A stretch of DNA of 64,000 nt from a virus. The stretch is taken from IMG/VR virus record IMGVR_UViG_3300043418_000120, positions 109,881 to 173,880 of that record; one strand, written 5' to 3'. The position numbers and the translations under genes are program-made. Within the stretch, counting starts at the first letter, position 1. Each line of letters starts with the position of its first letter. The notes below the pieces were generated by a model. It was given only the letters and a program-made list of their open reading frames with translations. It had not been told where the DNA came from and searched no databases. Below, piece by piece: positions 1 to 9,663 of the stretch.

Positions 1-67
1 GCTAAAGCGACCAGCGATGTTGATATCGATGTGCTACCAGCAGAAACAAATTTTCTAGAGTTAAACT

Positions 68-355
68 ATGAATGACATCTTACTAAACACATGGGGATGG
101 ATTAAAGATGACTACCGAACTCACCCTGTTCGATTTTGTATTGAGCTTCTTGCTTGGGCTATCTCTATTGGCTGCTCTCTCACGATGGCAGTCACAGTCC
201 CCAATCCTCCTCTTATCGTATTATATCCTATCTGGATTAGTGGGTGCTCTCTTTACGCTTGGGCTGCTTATAGCAGGAAATCGTTTGGGATGCTTGCTAA
301 CTACATCTTGTTAACAACGATCGACACCGTCGGTCTATTCAGAATGCTATTCTAA
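68..355 (+). CDS. hypothetical membrane protein
   Basis: 95-aa ORF with about three hydrophobic segments. Confidence 0.75.
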   Translation: MNDILLNTWGWIKDDYRTHPVRFCIELLAWAISIGCSLTMAVTVPNPPLIVLYPIWISGCSLYAWAAYSRKSFGMLANYILLTTIDTVGLFRMLF

Positions 356-365
356 GGAGAATCAA

Positions 366-602
366 ATGGCAAAACCAAAACAAAAACGCCCCGAAGGTAA
401 CTGGACACCAACAGTTCTGAAGGCTGACAAAAACTTTCGCATGTCGAAGCAGACAAAGCGCCTGTTGGCTCTGATGTCATTCCCATCTGCTGAGCTGCGT
501 AACAGCTATCGCCGTGCGATGATCAACGCTCAGTTGGCTTCGGAAGCTGCAGCTCGTGCACCTTTGGGTGGCAAGAAAGATCGAGAAGATGTATCCGCAT
601 GA
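366..602 (+). CDS. hypothetical basic protein
   Basis: strong SD AAGGAG upstream; 78 aa. Confidence 0.75.
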   Translation: MAKPKQKRPEGNWTPTVLKADKNFRMSKQTKRLLALMSFPSAELRNSYRRAMINAQLASEAAARAPLGGKKDREDVSA

Positions 603-774
603 GATAGATCATGCCTCGTCGAAAGTTCTTGAAATCGTAGGACTTGACAAAAATACCTTCGACGAGGTAAAATATAAACAGTTGCGAAGTTTCCTAGAGG
701 CTCTCGCAGCTGTTCACTATTCAAAAGGACATGATGATGGCTACTCGCTCTCCGCTGGTTATTCCCGCAAGTAA
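589..774 (+). CDS. hypothetical protein
   Basis: ATG at 589 overlaps the previous gene end; 61 aa. Confidence 0.5.
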   Translation: MYPHEIDHASSKVLEIVGLDKNTFDEVKYKQLRSFLEALAAVHYSKGHDDGYSLSAGYSRK

Positions 775-883
775 ACCAAGAAATTGGATTGCTAAGGATT
801 TGCGCACACCCAAGTATCGTGCACGTATCGAAGAGTGTAAGAAGAAATACACACGCAAGGAGAAGCATCGTGACGCCTATTAA
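731..883 (+). CDS. ArfA-like small basic protein (putative alternative ribosome-rescue factor); not in ORF track
   Basis: SD AAGGA, then MMMATRSPLVIPASKPRNWIAKDLRTPKYRARIEECKKKYTRKEKHRDAY; pattern N-x-I-xxx-L-xx-P-x-[FY]-R-x-R-[VI]-E-xx-KK..Y-x-R-K-x-K-H matches the ArfA core. Confidence 0.6.
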   Translation: MMMATRSPLVIPASKPRNWIAKDLRTPKYRARIEECKKKYTRKEKHRDAY

Positions 884-1163
884 ACAACATGAAATCCATG
901 AGCATCTAGAGATTGATCATGGTAGCATTACAACTTATGTGAACGTCTTTGGCGAAGACGACTATACACACATGATCATCGGTCGTACTGACAATGAAGG
1001 ATTGCACATCCATAATAAGATGGAGTTCTTCTTCGAAGATGAGCAACTCGATGAGCTTCTTTACTTCTTCACGGAATTGTCAAAGAAGGTTCGCGCAAAG
1101 CGTACTCAAGACCAATTAACTGATGTTGTAAAACAATGGGTGGCCACTGATGGAAATGATTGA
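870..1163 (+). CDS. hypothetical protein
   Basis: GTG at 870 after AAGGAG; same frame as track ORF 789..1163. Confidence 0.6.
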   Translation: MTPIKQHEIHEHLEIDHGSITTYVNVFGEDDYTHMIIGRTDNEGLHIHNKMEFFFEDEQLDELLYFFTELSKKVRAKRTQDQLTDVVKQWVATDGND

Positions 1164-1491
1164 AATTCTATTTTTAGTCTTGATCGCGTTCAATGTGTAT
1201 TGGGCATGGGTCAATATTCGCGCAGCCATGGCTCAGAGAGCAGCACGTCAAGAGATTATGGAGAATATTCAAGAAGCCTACGAACGCTTCAAGAATATCA
1301 TCATCATGCGCGTAGAGAAGCATGACGACATGCTCTATGTCTACAATCAACATACCAATGAGTTCATCTGCCAAGGCAAAACCCTTGAGGAAGTGAACGA
1401 GAACTTTGGTATCAAATATCCCAATCGTCAAGCCTTGGTCGACGAGGGATCGGAACTGTTATTTAAGGAGAAGATGAATGTCGCAAAATGA
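1150..1491 (+). CDS. hypothetical protein with N-terminal TM helix
   Basis: overlapping gene chain; hydrophobic N-terminus. Confidence 0.7.
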   Translation: MEMIEILFLVLIAFNVYWAWVNIRAAMAQRAARQEIMENIQEAYERFKNIIIMRVEKHDDMLYVYNQHTNEFICQGKTLEEVNENFGIKYPNRQALVDEGSELLFKEKMNVAK

Positions 1492-1930
1492 GATCGTTGA
1501 TATTGACTTTGATGAGGTTTTGTCAAAGCAAGAAGAGCAACGTATTAAGGATGAGCTGAACCATCCGAACTTTAAAAATTGGTTCAAGGGTTTGCTTCAT
1601 GAATGTGAAGTCAATCTGATTTTCTACAAGAAGTCTGGTGAAGAACGACACATGCGTTGTACTCTTCAGGAGTCAGAAATCCCTGCTGACAAGCAACCAA
1701 AGGGGACTGGTAAAACTACCAGTGGCGATACTGTGTCTGTGTTTGACACTGAGATCCAAGATTGGAGATCTTTCCGCTTCGACTCGATCAAAGAATTCGA
1801 GTACGACTTGCCTGAAGACTCTGAGTATCCTCCACATCCAGAGCCAGTGTTCTTAGACGCTGCTGGTGTTGAGTACGTTTCGGCTGCTGAGTTGTCCGAA
1901 GAAATCAAGAACGCAATTGTTGGGGAATAA
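1478..1930 (+). CDS. WYL_2/DUF2693-like SH3 beta-barrel protein
   Basis: F.KKSGEER.MRCTL and VFD.E.QDWRSFRFDSI motifs. Confidence 0.65.
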   Translation: MSQNEIVDIDFDEVLSKQEEQRIKDELNHPNFKNWFKGLLHECEVNLIFYKKSGEERHMRCTLQESEIPADKQPKGTGKTTSGDTVSVFDTEIQDWRSFRFDSIKEFEYDLPEDSEYPPHPEPVFLDAAGVEYVSAAELSEEIKNAIVGE

Positions 1931-1931
1931 T

Positions 1932-2165
1932 ATGACTGAGAATAACACCATATCAACTATCGCAGGTATCGTAGCGGTTGCTCTGATTGGAAGCCTCACA
2001 TATTTCCATGTTGTTGAAAGTAATAACAACAAAGAAATCATTACTCGCGCAATTGAGCGCGGTCTTGATCCAATCAGCGCAGCGTGCGCATCAAAGATTG
2101 GAACTCAAAGTTCAGCCGAAATTCGTGCTACGTGCGAAAAGATGGCTATCATCAAAGGAAAATAA
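1932..2165 (+). CDS. hypothetical membrane-anchored protein
   Basis: ATG 1932; one TM helix. Confidence 0.65.
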   Translation: MTENNTISTIAGIVAVALIGSLTYFHVVESNNNKEIITRAIERGLDPISAACASKIGTQSSAEIRATCEKMAIIKGK

Positions 2166-2518
2166 TGAAGACTGTAAAAATTAAAGTCAAGGATCTCTTG
2201 GCTCACTTGAAGAAGAACCGTGCTAATCATAAAACACAGTACGAAGAACTGATGACAGATTATCGTACTGCTGTTATTGATGGGTTCAAAGCAAAGCTGA
2301 AGGCTGCGCAAAAGAACGAAGACGTTGACCACACAATTCGTGTTGTTCGCCCAGACGACTTTACATCATCATACGATCAAGCTATCGCGATGTTAGAGTG
2401 GACAACTGACACTGAAGTCGAACTTGATCAACATGAGTTCACACAATACGTCCAAGATAACTGGACATGGAAAGTTGGCTTCGCAGCTACTCAACGTGCC
2501 TACGGCAAAGGAATGTAA
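2165..2518 (+). CDS. hypothetical protein
   Basis: TAATG coupling, SD AAGGA. Confidence 0.7.
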   Translation: MKTVKIKVKDLLAHLKKNRANHKTQYEELMTDYRTAVIDGFKAKLKAAQKNEDVDHTIRVVRPDDFTSSYDQAIAMLEWTTDTEVELDQHEFTQYVQDNWTWKVGFAATQRAYGKGM

Positions 2519-2520
2519 TC

Positions 2521-2700
2521 ATGCAATACGTCTTAATCCTCGTCCTCGCGATCGTCCTGATCATCTGCGGTCCATTGGCTACCATCTGGGCATTGAACAC
2601 TTTGTTCCCAGTTTTGGCCATCCCGTTCACGGTTGACACATGGCTGGCAGCTTTCTTGCTTGGTGGAGCCTTGACTGGCGCGACTTTCAGCAAGAAATAA
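2521..2700 (+). CDS. small two-TM membrane protein
   Basis: ATG 2521; very hydrophobic. Confidence 0.7.
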   Translation: MQYVLILVLAIVLIICGPLATIWALNTLFPVLAIPFTVDTWLAAFLLGGALTGATFSKK

Positions 2701-2705
2701 AACGC

Positions 2706-2734
2706 TTGACAAATAAACTCTTTTCAGGTATAAT
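2706..2734 (+). promoter_or_regulatory. sigma70-type early promoter
   Basis: TTGACA-17 nt-TATAAT. Confidence 0.85.
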
Positions 2735-2756
2735 ATATACTTGAAAGGAGTCTACT

Positions 2757-3857
2757 ATGACTATGAACGCAGCTGAAAAGCGCCAGAAAATTATTGACCG
2801 CGCAAGCGGCAAGACTGATGAACCTATTATCAGTTCGGAAGCCAATTCACGTTATCAGGTACAACTGATGAGTGCGCTGAATTGGTATGCCAAAGAAGCC
2901 GATTCCAAACAGCGAAAGGCTTGGGCTCTCTCTTACTTCAAGAAACAGAAGAATCAAGAGTTGGTCGATCATCTATCAGAAATTGGTGACTGGGAATTCC
3001 ATTCGTTGGGTGTCCTTTGTCGTCTCAAATCTCGTGGCTCGTTCTTGTCTGAACAGCATGAGAAGTACATTGACTCACGCGCAACAGAACTGTTGAAGAT
3101 GCCATTGCCTAAGAAAGTTGTTGTGGCTGCAGCCCCTGTTCCGACAGGTCCATCCATTCAAGAACGCATCCTCGAAAAGTCTAAAGAGATTGCTGGTGAC
3201 ATCGATGGTCAGATTGATGAGTTTATTGCGACAGGTTGTCCAGCAAACTACAAGATGTCATTCAACGGTATGACTGCGCCGATCGCGAAGTATGTGTCCT
3301 CGTACATCAAGCCAACCCTGACTGAAGTTCAGGAAGCCATTGATGGTGAAGACGAGCAGTTGGTTGAGGGCTACTCAAACTTTACAAAGCCACAGTTGAA
3401 GCGATTCGCTAACCTGTTGCAGTCGATTGTTGAGAAGTCTGAACAAGCCAAGAAGATTATCCGTAAGCCTACAGTTCGCAAGGCAAAGCCAGCTGGTGTT
3501 ATCGTTGCTAAGATGAAGTTCAAAGCAGAAGATACCGAGCTTGGTTTGAAGTCAATCTCAGCCCCTTCGATTGTTGGTGCTGACGAGTTGTGGGTCTACA
3601 ACACAAAGTATCGTAAGCTGATGGTGTATCGTGCTGCCTCTGGTTTGTCTCTGACAGTCAAGGGTACTTCGATCCTGAACTACGATACAACTAATTCGGT
3701 CTCTAAGACCCTACGTAAACCGAAGGAACAGTTGACTCCGATGCTTGCTATGACCAAGCGTCCGCTGTCTGCAGCTTTCAAAGCTGTGAAGTGTAAAGAG
3801 GCAACTCCCAATGGTCGCATTAATGAAGAGTGCATTTTGTTTAAGGTATTCCAATGA
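2757..3857 (+). CDS. conserved T4-like phage hypothetical protein
   Basis: 366 aa, SD AAGGAG, directly upstream of rnh. Confidence 0.8.
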   Translation: MTMNAAEKRQKIIDRASGKTDEPIISSEANSRYQVQLMSALNWYAKEADSKQRKAWALSYFKKQKNQELVDHLSEIGDWEFHSLGVLCRLKSRGSFLSEQHEKYIDSRATELLKMPLPKKVVVAAAPVPTGPSIQERILEKSKEIAGDIDGQIDEFIATGCPANYKMSFNGMTAPIAKYVSSYIKPTLTEVQEAIDGEDEQLVEGYSNFTKPQLKRFANLLQSIVEKSEQAKKIIRKPTVRKAKPAGVIVAKMKFKAEDTELGLKSISAPSIVGADELWVYNTKYRKLMVYRAASGLSLTVKGTSILNYDTTNSVSKTLRKPKEQLTPMLAMTKRPLSAAFKAVKCKEATPNGRINEECILFKVFQ

Positions 3858-4747
3858 TTTTACTTGATTACAGCCAAGTGGCACTCGCAGCTATCCTGAC
3901 ATTTCAACGCGACTTGAAGGGCGATGACCAAGAGAAGATTATCAACTTGATTCGACATGTAACCTTGTCGTCAATTAAAACATACAAGAAGAAGTACGGA
4001 AAAGAATATGGCCAAATTGTTATATGTTGTGATGGTCGCAAGTATTGGCGTCGGGACATTTTCGAGCATTACAAAGCCAACCGTAAGAAATCTCGAGACG
4101 CCAGCGATCTACCGTGGAAACTGATCTTCGATACGTTGTCTGCCATGCGCGACGACATCGCTAAGAATTTTCCTTACCGTGTTATTCATCTGGAGAACGC
4201 AGAAGCTGATGACATCATTGCGGTGATGGCTAAGTGGACGCAGACTAACGATCTCGTTGAGCAAGGTTTGTTCACTGAGCCACAGAAGGTTATGATTCTT
4301 TCATCTGACCACGACTTTATCCAACTGCAGAAGTGGGACAACGTCAACCAGTATTCTCCAAATACTAAGAAGTTGATCAAAGCCAACGCAAAGGAATTGC
4401 GTGAGAAACGCATCACTCACATTGTTAAGGCAAGTGATGATGGTATTCCAAACATTCTGAGCGCCGATGACGTGTTTGTCAAGGGCGAACGTCAGAAGAC
4501 TGTGAGCGCCAAGCGTCTTGAGGAATTCCTTGAGAAAGGTATTGACGCATGCCGAAACGATGAAGAGATTCGTAACTGGCATCGTAACGAACGCTTGATT
4601 GATTTTGAATTCATCCCCAAAGAGATTCAAGATTCAATTGTGCAGACTTATCTAAATAATCCACCGACAGGTGATAAGATGACAGCCATGAAATATCTCA
4701 TGGAACATCGTTGCCGTTTACTACTCGAAGAAATTGAGGACTTTTAA
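3854..4747 (+). CDS. rnh: T4-type RNase H / 5'-3' exonuclease
   Basis: LLDYSQ, YWRR...YKANR, EADDII, SSDHDFIQL, DGIPN motifs. Confidence 0.92.
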   Translation: MILLDYSQVALAAILTFQRDLKGDDQEKIINLIRHVTLSSIKTYKKKYGKEYGQIVICCDGRKYWRRDIFEHYKANRKKSRDASDLPWKLIFDTLSAMRDDIAKNFPYRVIHLENAEADDIIAVMAKWTQTNDLVEQGLFTEPQKVMILSSDHDFIQLQKWDNVNQYSPNTKKLIKANAKELREKRITHIVKASDDGIPNILSADDVFVKGERQKTVSAKRLEEFLEKGIDACRNDEEIRNWHRNERLIDFEFIPKEIQDSIVQTYLNNPPTGDKMTAMKYLMEHRCRLLLEEIEDF

Positions 4748-5238
4748 TGAACCGTAATTTGAACTACATGCCAGAGATCCTAGACGCATTGACTAAGGAT
4801 CCAAAGAAAGCAGCTGCATACAAAGAGGACTTTGCTTTTAAGACCATCTTGAAGTGTGCTTTTGACAAAGACTATGCCTTTGCCTTGCCTGATGGAGCGC
4901 CACCATTTAAACCAGCTGAGCAGCCTTTGGGTATGACAACAGCTAACCTGCGTAGCGAAGCTCGTCGTTTCTACATCTTTACAAAGTTCAGTGATGTGCA
5001 GCAACGCCTTCGTCGTGAACAATTGTTTGTTCAGATTCTTGAATCGATCCACCCTTCAGAAGCCAAAATCTTAATCGCTGTGAAGGATCAACAACTTGAT
5101 GCTTTGTATCCAAAGATTACGGCTGAATTCGTCAAGGCCAATTTCCCTGACGTATTGCCAGAAGGAACGGTGGTCGCCGAACCAGCAAAAAAAGCGCCAG
5201 TGAAGAAAGTAGCGAAGAGTGCAACAAAAGTGGATTGA
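4747..5238 (+). CDS. conserved T4-like hypothetical protein (DUF6433-like)
   Basis: LPDGAPPFKP and RREQLFVQILESIHP.EA motifs. Confidence 0.7.
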   Translation: MNRNLNYMPEILDALTKDPKKAAAYKEDFAFKTILKCAFDKDYAFALPDGAPPFKPAEQPLGMTTANLRSEARRFYIFTKFSDVQQRLRREQLFVQILESIHPSEAKILIAVKDQQLDALYPKITAEFVKANFPDVLPEGTVVAEPAKKAPVKKVAKSATKVD

Positions 5239-5653
5239 TGCGTATTTGGACATGGCTGAGAGGTTCGCCCAACTCAGCTATGCCAAGCGACTCCAAGTCG
5301 GAGCAATTGTGGTCAAAGAACATCGAGTTATCTCGATTGGGTATAACGGAACGCCCGAAGGCTGGGACAATGCCTGCGAATTCCAATACACTAACCCACA
5401 ATCTAAAATCACTACTACGCATACGAAAGACGAGGTGATTCATGCGGAAGCGAATGCGATTACGAAGCTCGCTCGCGATGGTCAGTCTGGTCGTGCTGCT
5501 GATTTATTCTGTACTCATGCTCCTTGCATTCAGTGTGCCAAGTTAATTCATGGCGCTGGAATTAAGAAGGTTTACTACAGGCACCAGTATCGCGATGACG
5601 CTGGTATAAAATTCCTTACAAAGGGCGGTGTAGAGGTCGTACAAAGTGCTTGA
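5219..5653 (+). CDS. cd: dCMP deaminase
   Basis: GYNG, HAEANA and PCxxC zinc motifs. Confidence 0.92.
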   Translation: MQQKWIDAYLDMAERFAQLSYAKRLQVGAIVVKEHRVISIGYNGTPEGWDNACEFQYTNPQSKITTTHTKDEVIHAEANAITKLARDGQSGRAADLFCTHAPCIQCAKLIHGAGIKKVYYRHQYRDDAGIKFLTKGGVEVVQSA

Positions 5654-5678
5654 CATTTAATCCAAATTAGGGTATAAT
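5650..5678 (+). promoter_or_regulatory. sigma70-type promoter
   Basis: TTGACA-17-TATAAT; ATG only 6 nt after the -10 box (likely leaderless mRNA). Confidence 0.85.
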
Positions 5679-5684
5679 TACATT

Positions 5685-6968
5685 ATGAAAACAGTGAACT
5701 CCATCCTTGAAGAAGTAGGCGCCAACGCCTCCCGCAACTTTAAAATCGAAAAGCTGACTGAACATGCGGGGAACGAAGTTCTTCGCAATGTTGTTTTTCT
5801 AGCCAACGATCCTTTCACACAATTTTACATTCGTAAGATTCCCGAGTACACTCCCAACACTGGCGAAGGCATTTCGCTCAAGTTCGCACTCGATTCCCTC
5901 TTTGACCTTTCCTCTCGTCTTGTTACAGGCAACGCCGCTATCGCACATCTCAAAGGTATTCTTGAGGCTTTGACTTCAGAAGATGCCAAAGTGATTGAGA
6001 AGGTTATTCAGAAAGACCTGCGTGCTGGATTCACTTCTGGCACGGCAAATAAGATTTGGCCAGGACTTGTGCCTGAGTATCCTGTGATGCTGTGTTCGCC
6101 GTTCGAACAGAAGCTGGTTGACAAAATTAAATTTCCAGCATACGCGCAGTTGAAAATGGATGGTATGCGTTTCAACGCTATCGTTCGTGAAGGTAAGTGC
6201 GAATTCCGCAGCCGTAACGGTAAAGAAATCCTGTTGCTTGGTAACTTGGAACAAGAGTTTATTAAGTTGGCTGGTGACAGCGACATGGTCTTTGATGGTG
6301 AGTTACTTGTCAAGATCGACGGTAAGATCGCCGATCGTCAAACAGGTAACGGCATTTTGAACAAAGCAAACAAGGGCACTATCTCTGCTGCTGACGCTGC
6401 GAAGGTTTGCGCTACTGTTTGGGACTTGATTCCTTACGTTCAGTTTATCAGTGGCCACTGCCCAACGCCTTACCGTGCTCGCTATGCGACTCTGTTAATG
6501 ATGCCAATGCCAGAGAAGATCGCGTTGGTTGAAAGCACAGTTGTTGAAGACTTAGAATCTGCTCGTGCTATCTTCGAGAAGTATCTCGAAGCTGGTCAAG
6601 AAGGTATCATCCTGAAAGACCCAACAGGAATCTGGGAAGACAAACGCTCCAAGGGTCAAATCAAGTTCAAAGGCGAACTCGAATGCGACCTGAAGATTGT
6701 AGGTATCGAAGAAGGTACAGGTAAGTATGCTGGTATGCTCGGCGCTTTGATTCTCGAATCGGACGATGGAGTTATTAAGGTTCGTGCTGGCTCTGGCTTC
6801 TCCGATGAACAGCGTAAGCAAGGTAAGGAAGTTATCGGCAAGATCGCTGCTATTAAGTACAACATGCGAAGTGTTGATAAACAAGGTAAACAAAGCCTGT
6901 TCTTGCCAATCGTACTCGAGATCCGAGACGACAAGGACGAGGCTGATTCTAGCGAGAACATTAAATGA
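5685..6968 (+). CDS. ATP-dependent DNA ligase (gp30)
   Basis: KMDGMR, FDGEL, EGIILK motifs; C-terminal OB fold (GSGFSD, LFLP). Confidence 0.95.
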   Translation: MKTVNSILEEVGANASRNFKIEKLTEHAGNEVLRNVVFLANDPFTQFYIRKIPEYTPNTGEGISLKFALDSLFDLSSRLVTGNAAIAHLKGILEALTSEDAKVIEKVIQKDLRAGFTSGTANKIWPGLVPEYPVMLCSPFEQKLVDKIKFPAYAQLKMDGMRFNAIVREGKCEFRSRNGKEILLLGNLEQEFIKLAGDSDMVFDGELLVKIDGKIADRQTGNGILNKANKGTISAADAAKVCATVWDLIPYVQFISGHCPTPYRARYATLLMMPMPEKIALVESTVVEDLESARAIFEKYLEAGQEGIILKDPTGIWEDKRSKGQIKFKGELECDLKIVGIEEGTGKYAGMLGALILESDDGVIKVRAGSGFSDEQRKQGKEVIGKIAAIKYNMRSVDKQGKQSLFLPIVLEIRDDKDEADSSENIK

Positions 6969-7318
6969 AAGTTGTAATCAACCGTTGTTTCGGTGGCTTT
7001 GGCCTTTCCCATGAGGCGATTATGAAGTATGCTGCCCTTGCGCAGATTGACATGATTGCTGTTGAGAAAGACCCAACCAGCACGATGATGCCGTATGAGT
7101 ATTACGTTGGTAAGGTTTCCGATGAGACCTACTGGAGCGAATATGAACTCTCACGTACTGACCCGAGTCTGATCAAAGTTGTTGAGCAAATGGGCGAAGC
7201 TGCTAATGGATGGGCTGCAGAGTTGACAGTTGTAGAAATTCCTGACGATATCCTGTGGCATTTGAGCGAATATGATGGTATCGAGCATATTGCCGAAGAC
7301 CATCGAACTTGGAGATAA
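6965..7318 (+). CDS. conserved phage hypothetical protein
   Basis: KVVIN.CFGGFGLS, R.DP.L and EYDG.E motifs. Confidence 0.8.
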   Translation: MKVVINRCFGGFGLSHEAIMKYAALAQIDMIAVEKDPTSTMMPYEYYVGKVSDETYWSEYELSRTDPSLIKVVEQMGEAANGWAAELTVVEIPDDILWHLSEYDGIEHIAEDHRTWR

Positions 7319-7319
7319 G

Positions 7320-7541
7320 ATGAACGAAAACGACGAAGTTGAATTTGAGAAACTGTATACCACTATCCGTGGTCAGTTTGATGAGCTTGCCTATAAAGAA
7401 GGCATCAATCCTATGCATATCTTTGGTGTGTATCTAGGCATCATGGCTCAAGAGTTTAAAGAACACGCTTCTAAGGAAGACTTCGACAAATTCTTGACGC
7501 AAATGCTTGATGTTGAATGGACAGAAAGAACGGTGATGTGA
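7320..7541 (+). CDS. hypothetical protein
   Basis: ATG 7320 after GGAG. Confidence 0.65.
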   Translation: MNENDEVEFEKLYTTIRGQFDELAYKEGINPMHIFGVYLGIMAQEFKEHASKEDFDKFLTQMLDVEWTERTVM

Positions 7542-7933
7542 TGGACGAGTTGCAAGAATACGATGAATTTGAGAAGCGCATGACTGAGAAGTATCCACAA
7601 ATGTTCAGTGGATACTACGGTGGTTTTGCCTGCGGCAAAGGCTGGTGGCCAATCATTGAAGTGCTTTGTGCAAATATCCAGTCTCATATTGACTGGCGCA
7701 ATAAGAAAGACCAAGTTGTAGAACAGGTTGTTGTTGCCCAAGTTAAAGAGAAGTTCGGTGGACTTCGTTTCTATTATGATGGTGGCGATGATCACGTTCA
7801 TGGTATGGTTCGAATGGCAGAAGCATGGGCTGATCGCAGCTGCGAAACCTGTGGTAATATTGGTACTCGTCGTGGTGGCGGATGGATCCGCACCCTTTGT
7901 GACGAACACGCGAAGGATATTCCAAGTGTCTAA
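7541..7933 (+). CDS. conserved phage protein with CxxC
   Basis: GW, QVKEKFGGLRFY, CETCG, W..TLC motifs. Confidence 0.8.
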   Translation: MDELQEYDEFEKRMTEKYPQMFSGYYGGFACGKGWWPIIEVLCANIQSHIDWRNKKDQVVEQVVVAQVKEKFGGLRFYYDGGDDHVHGMVRMAEAWADRSCETCGNIGTRRGGGWIRTLCDEHAKDIPSV

Positions 7934-8216
7934 AACAGTATGGGTTCTTGTTGAGACGGTATCTTCATTCCGTCATCGTTACATGGTGGAAGCGCCAGAA
8001 GGATGGCCAGAGTTCGCTCTGGATGATGTTGCTATGGAGACTGCTAAAGAGTTTTCCCAAAAGCACATCGGCGAACTCATCACATCGCATCGTGTTGTTA
8101 CTGAGCAAGAAGCATTGGCTCTCTGCGATATTGACAATGATTATTTTATTGGAAGAACTGCTGAACAAAAGATTAAGGCGTTCTTCACAAAAGAAGGAGA
8201 GACAAGAGATGTCTAA
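7926..8216 (+). CDS. hypothetical protein
   Basis: GTG 7926 after AAGGA; EFSQKHIGE motif. Confidence 0.65.
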   Translation: MSKTVWVLVETVSSFRHRYMVEAPEGWPEFALDDVAMETAKEFSQKHIGELITSHRVVTEQEALALCDIDNDYFIGRTAEQKIKAFFTKEGETRDV

Positions 8217-8586
8217 AGTATTCGATAATGTATCAACATTCCTGAAAGCCTGTGGTCAAGAGTACCCTGATGCTCCAACTGCTGAAGTCACTGACTTGGC
8301 AAACTTGTACAAGAAATTGATCAAGGAAGAAACAGAGGAATTCTGGGAAGCTGTTGAAGCAAATGATGACAAAGAACAACTCGACGCATGCTTTGACATG
8401 ATGTGGGTTATCGTTGGTTACATGCATTCGCGTGGTTGGGATTGTTCGGCTGCATGGGACGAAGGCGCAAAGTCAAACTTGGCAAAGATTGACGCTACCA
8501 CAGGCAAGGTTATCCGCCGCGAAGATGGCAAAATCATGAAACCAGAAGGTTGGCAGAAGCCTGACTTCAGCAAATTTATTGCTTGA
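8209..8586 (+). CDS. MazG/PRA-PH-like NTP pyrophosphohydrolase
   Basis: LIKEETEE, DACFD, SNLAK, REDGKIMKP..W.KP motifs. Confidence 0.85.
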   Translation: MSKVFDNVSTFLKACGQEYPDAPTAEVTDLANLYKKLIKEETEEFWEAVEANDDKEQLDACFDMMWVIVGYMHSRGWDCSAAWDEGAKSNLAKIDATTGKVIRREDGKIMKPEGWQKPDFSKFIA

Positions 8587-8611
8587 CATTAATGCTGCTT
8601 CGAGGTATAAT
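8583..8611 (+). promoter_or_regulatory. sigma70-type promoter
   Basis: TTGACA-17-TATAAT. Confidence 0.85.
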
Positions 8612-8617
8612 AGAGGT

Positions 8618-9130
8618 ATGATAACACTTTACTTAGATATGGATGGAGTCCTCGCCGATTTCCATAAGGCTTACTATCGCGATCGAGTTCGCGACGGTTC
8701 ATGGGATCGCGTGCGTTTCCGTGAAATGGTAATGCAAGGTAAGATTTTTGAAGACCTCGACAAGATGCCTCAAGCAGAATCGCTTCTGAATTTTGCGGTC
8801 GAACTTCAGCAAGACTTTGGTATTGACGTTGAGATTCTTACTTCGGTTGGAACCTTTGATGTCGACCAAGGCGCTGAAGCCAAGATCCAAAAACAGAAGT
8901 GGTTGATGAAGAACGGAATTGGTTGGAAAGCCAACTTCGTTCGCACCAAGCATGAGAAGGCTCAGTATGCCACGCCGAAAACTATTCTTGTTGATGATTC
9001 GATTGGTTGTATCACTCCCTTTACCACAGCTGGTGGTCATGGTATTCTTCATGATGACGAACGTCACGGCGATACCATCTTCACGTTACATCGCACTGTC
9101 CACGCAATTCGAGCATTCAAGTTACTATGA
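8618..9130 (+). CDS. HAD-family 5'(3')-deoxyribonucleotidase-like
   Basis: YLDMDGVLADF, ILTS, K, ILVDD motifs. Confidence 0.85.
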   Translation: MITLYLDMDGVLADFHKAYYRDRVRDGSWDRVRFREMVMQGKIFEDLDKMPQAESLLNFAVELQQDFGIDVEILTSVGTFDVDQGAEAKIQKQKWLMKNGIGWKANFVRTKHEKAQYATPKTILVDDSIGCITPFTTAGGHGILHDDERHGDTIFTLHRTVHAIRAFKLL

Positions 9131-9663
9131 ATATCTTTTATCTTCACGCTAACCCAAAAATTTGCGCTCAACAACACGTAGACAAACACTGCGTAAAAAT
9201 GATTCTCGAGTATGCTCAACTATTATCTACTGCACACCGTTTCCTTGATGGTACTGAGTCTATTGTTATGTCAGAGTCTGGACGAAAGAAAAAGACCTGG
9301 ACTTTACCTGACTTTCGCGATTCTGTACTTTACTCTGCTACTCACATCAATCACCCTAGTGCTATTTGGGCCAGACGAGGTCGCGAAAACTATATGCACC
9401 TCTACAACATGTTCATCGAGTTGTGCGCAGAATACACCCATCGATACCACAAGATCCATAAATGCGAGTCGATGAAAGATACGCTCGCTCTCGTGCCGAA
9501 TAATATTGGTAAAGAGTTCTTCACACAACCAACACCAGCCATGCCTGACTACTGTAAGGTGCCTGGAGATTCTATCGCTTCTTACAGAAATTACTATATA
9601 CAAGAGAAGTCTAGAATGGCTGTTTGGAAAACAAGACCCACACCTGATTGGTATATCACATGA
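9127..9663 (+). CDS. pyrimidine-dimer DNA glycosylase-like (DenV-related) protein
   Basis: MNIFYL, DKH.VKMILE.AQLLSTAH, H.NHPS..W motifs. Confidence 0.75.
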   Translation: MNIFYLHANPKICAQQHVDKHCVKMILEYAQLLSTAHRFLDGTESIVMSESGRKKKTWTLPDFRDSVLYSATHINHPSAIWARRGRENYMHLYNMFIELCAEYTHRYHKIHKCESMKDTLALVPNNIGKEFFTQPTPAMPDYCKVPGDSIASYRNYYIQEKSRMAVWKTRPTPDWYIT

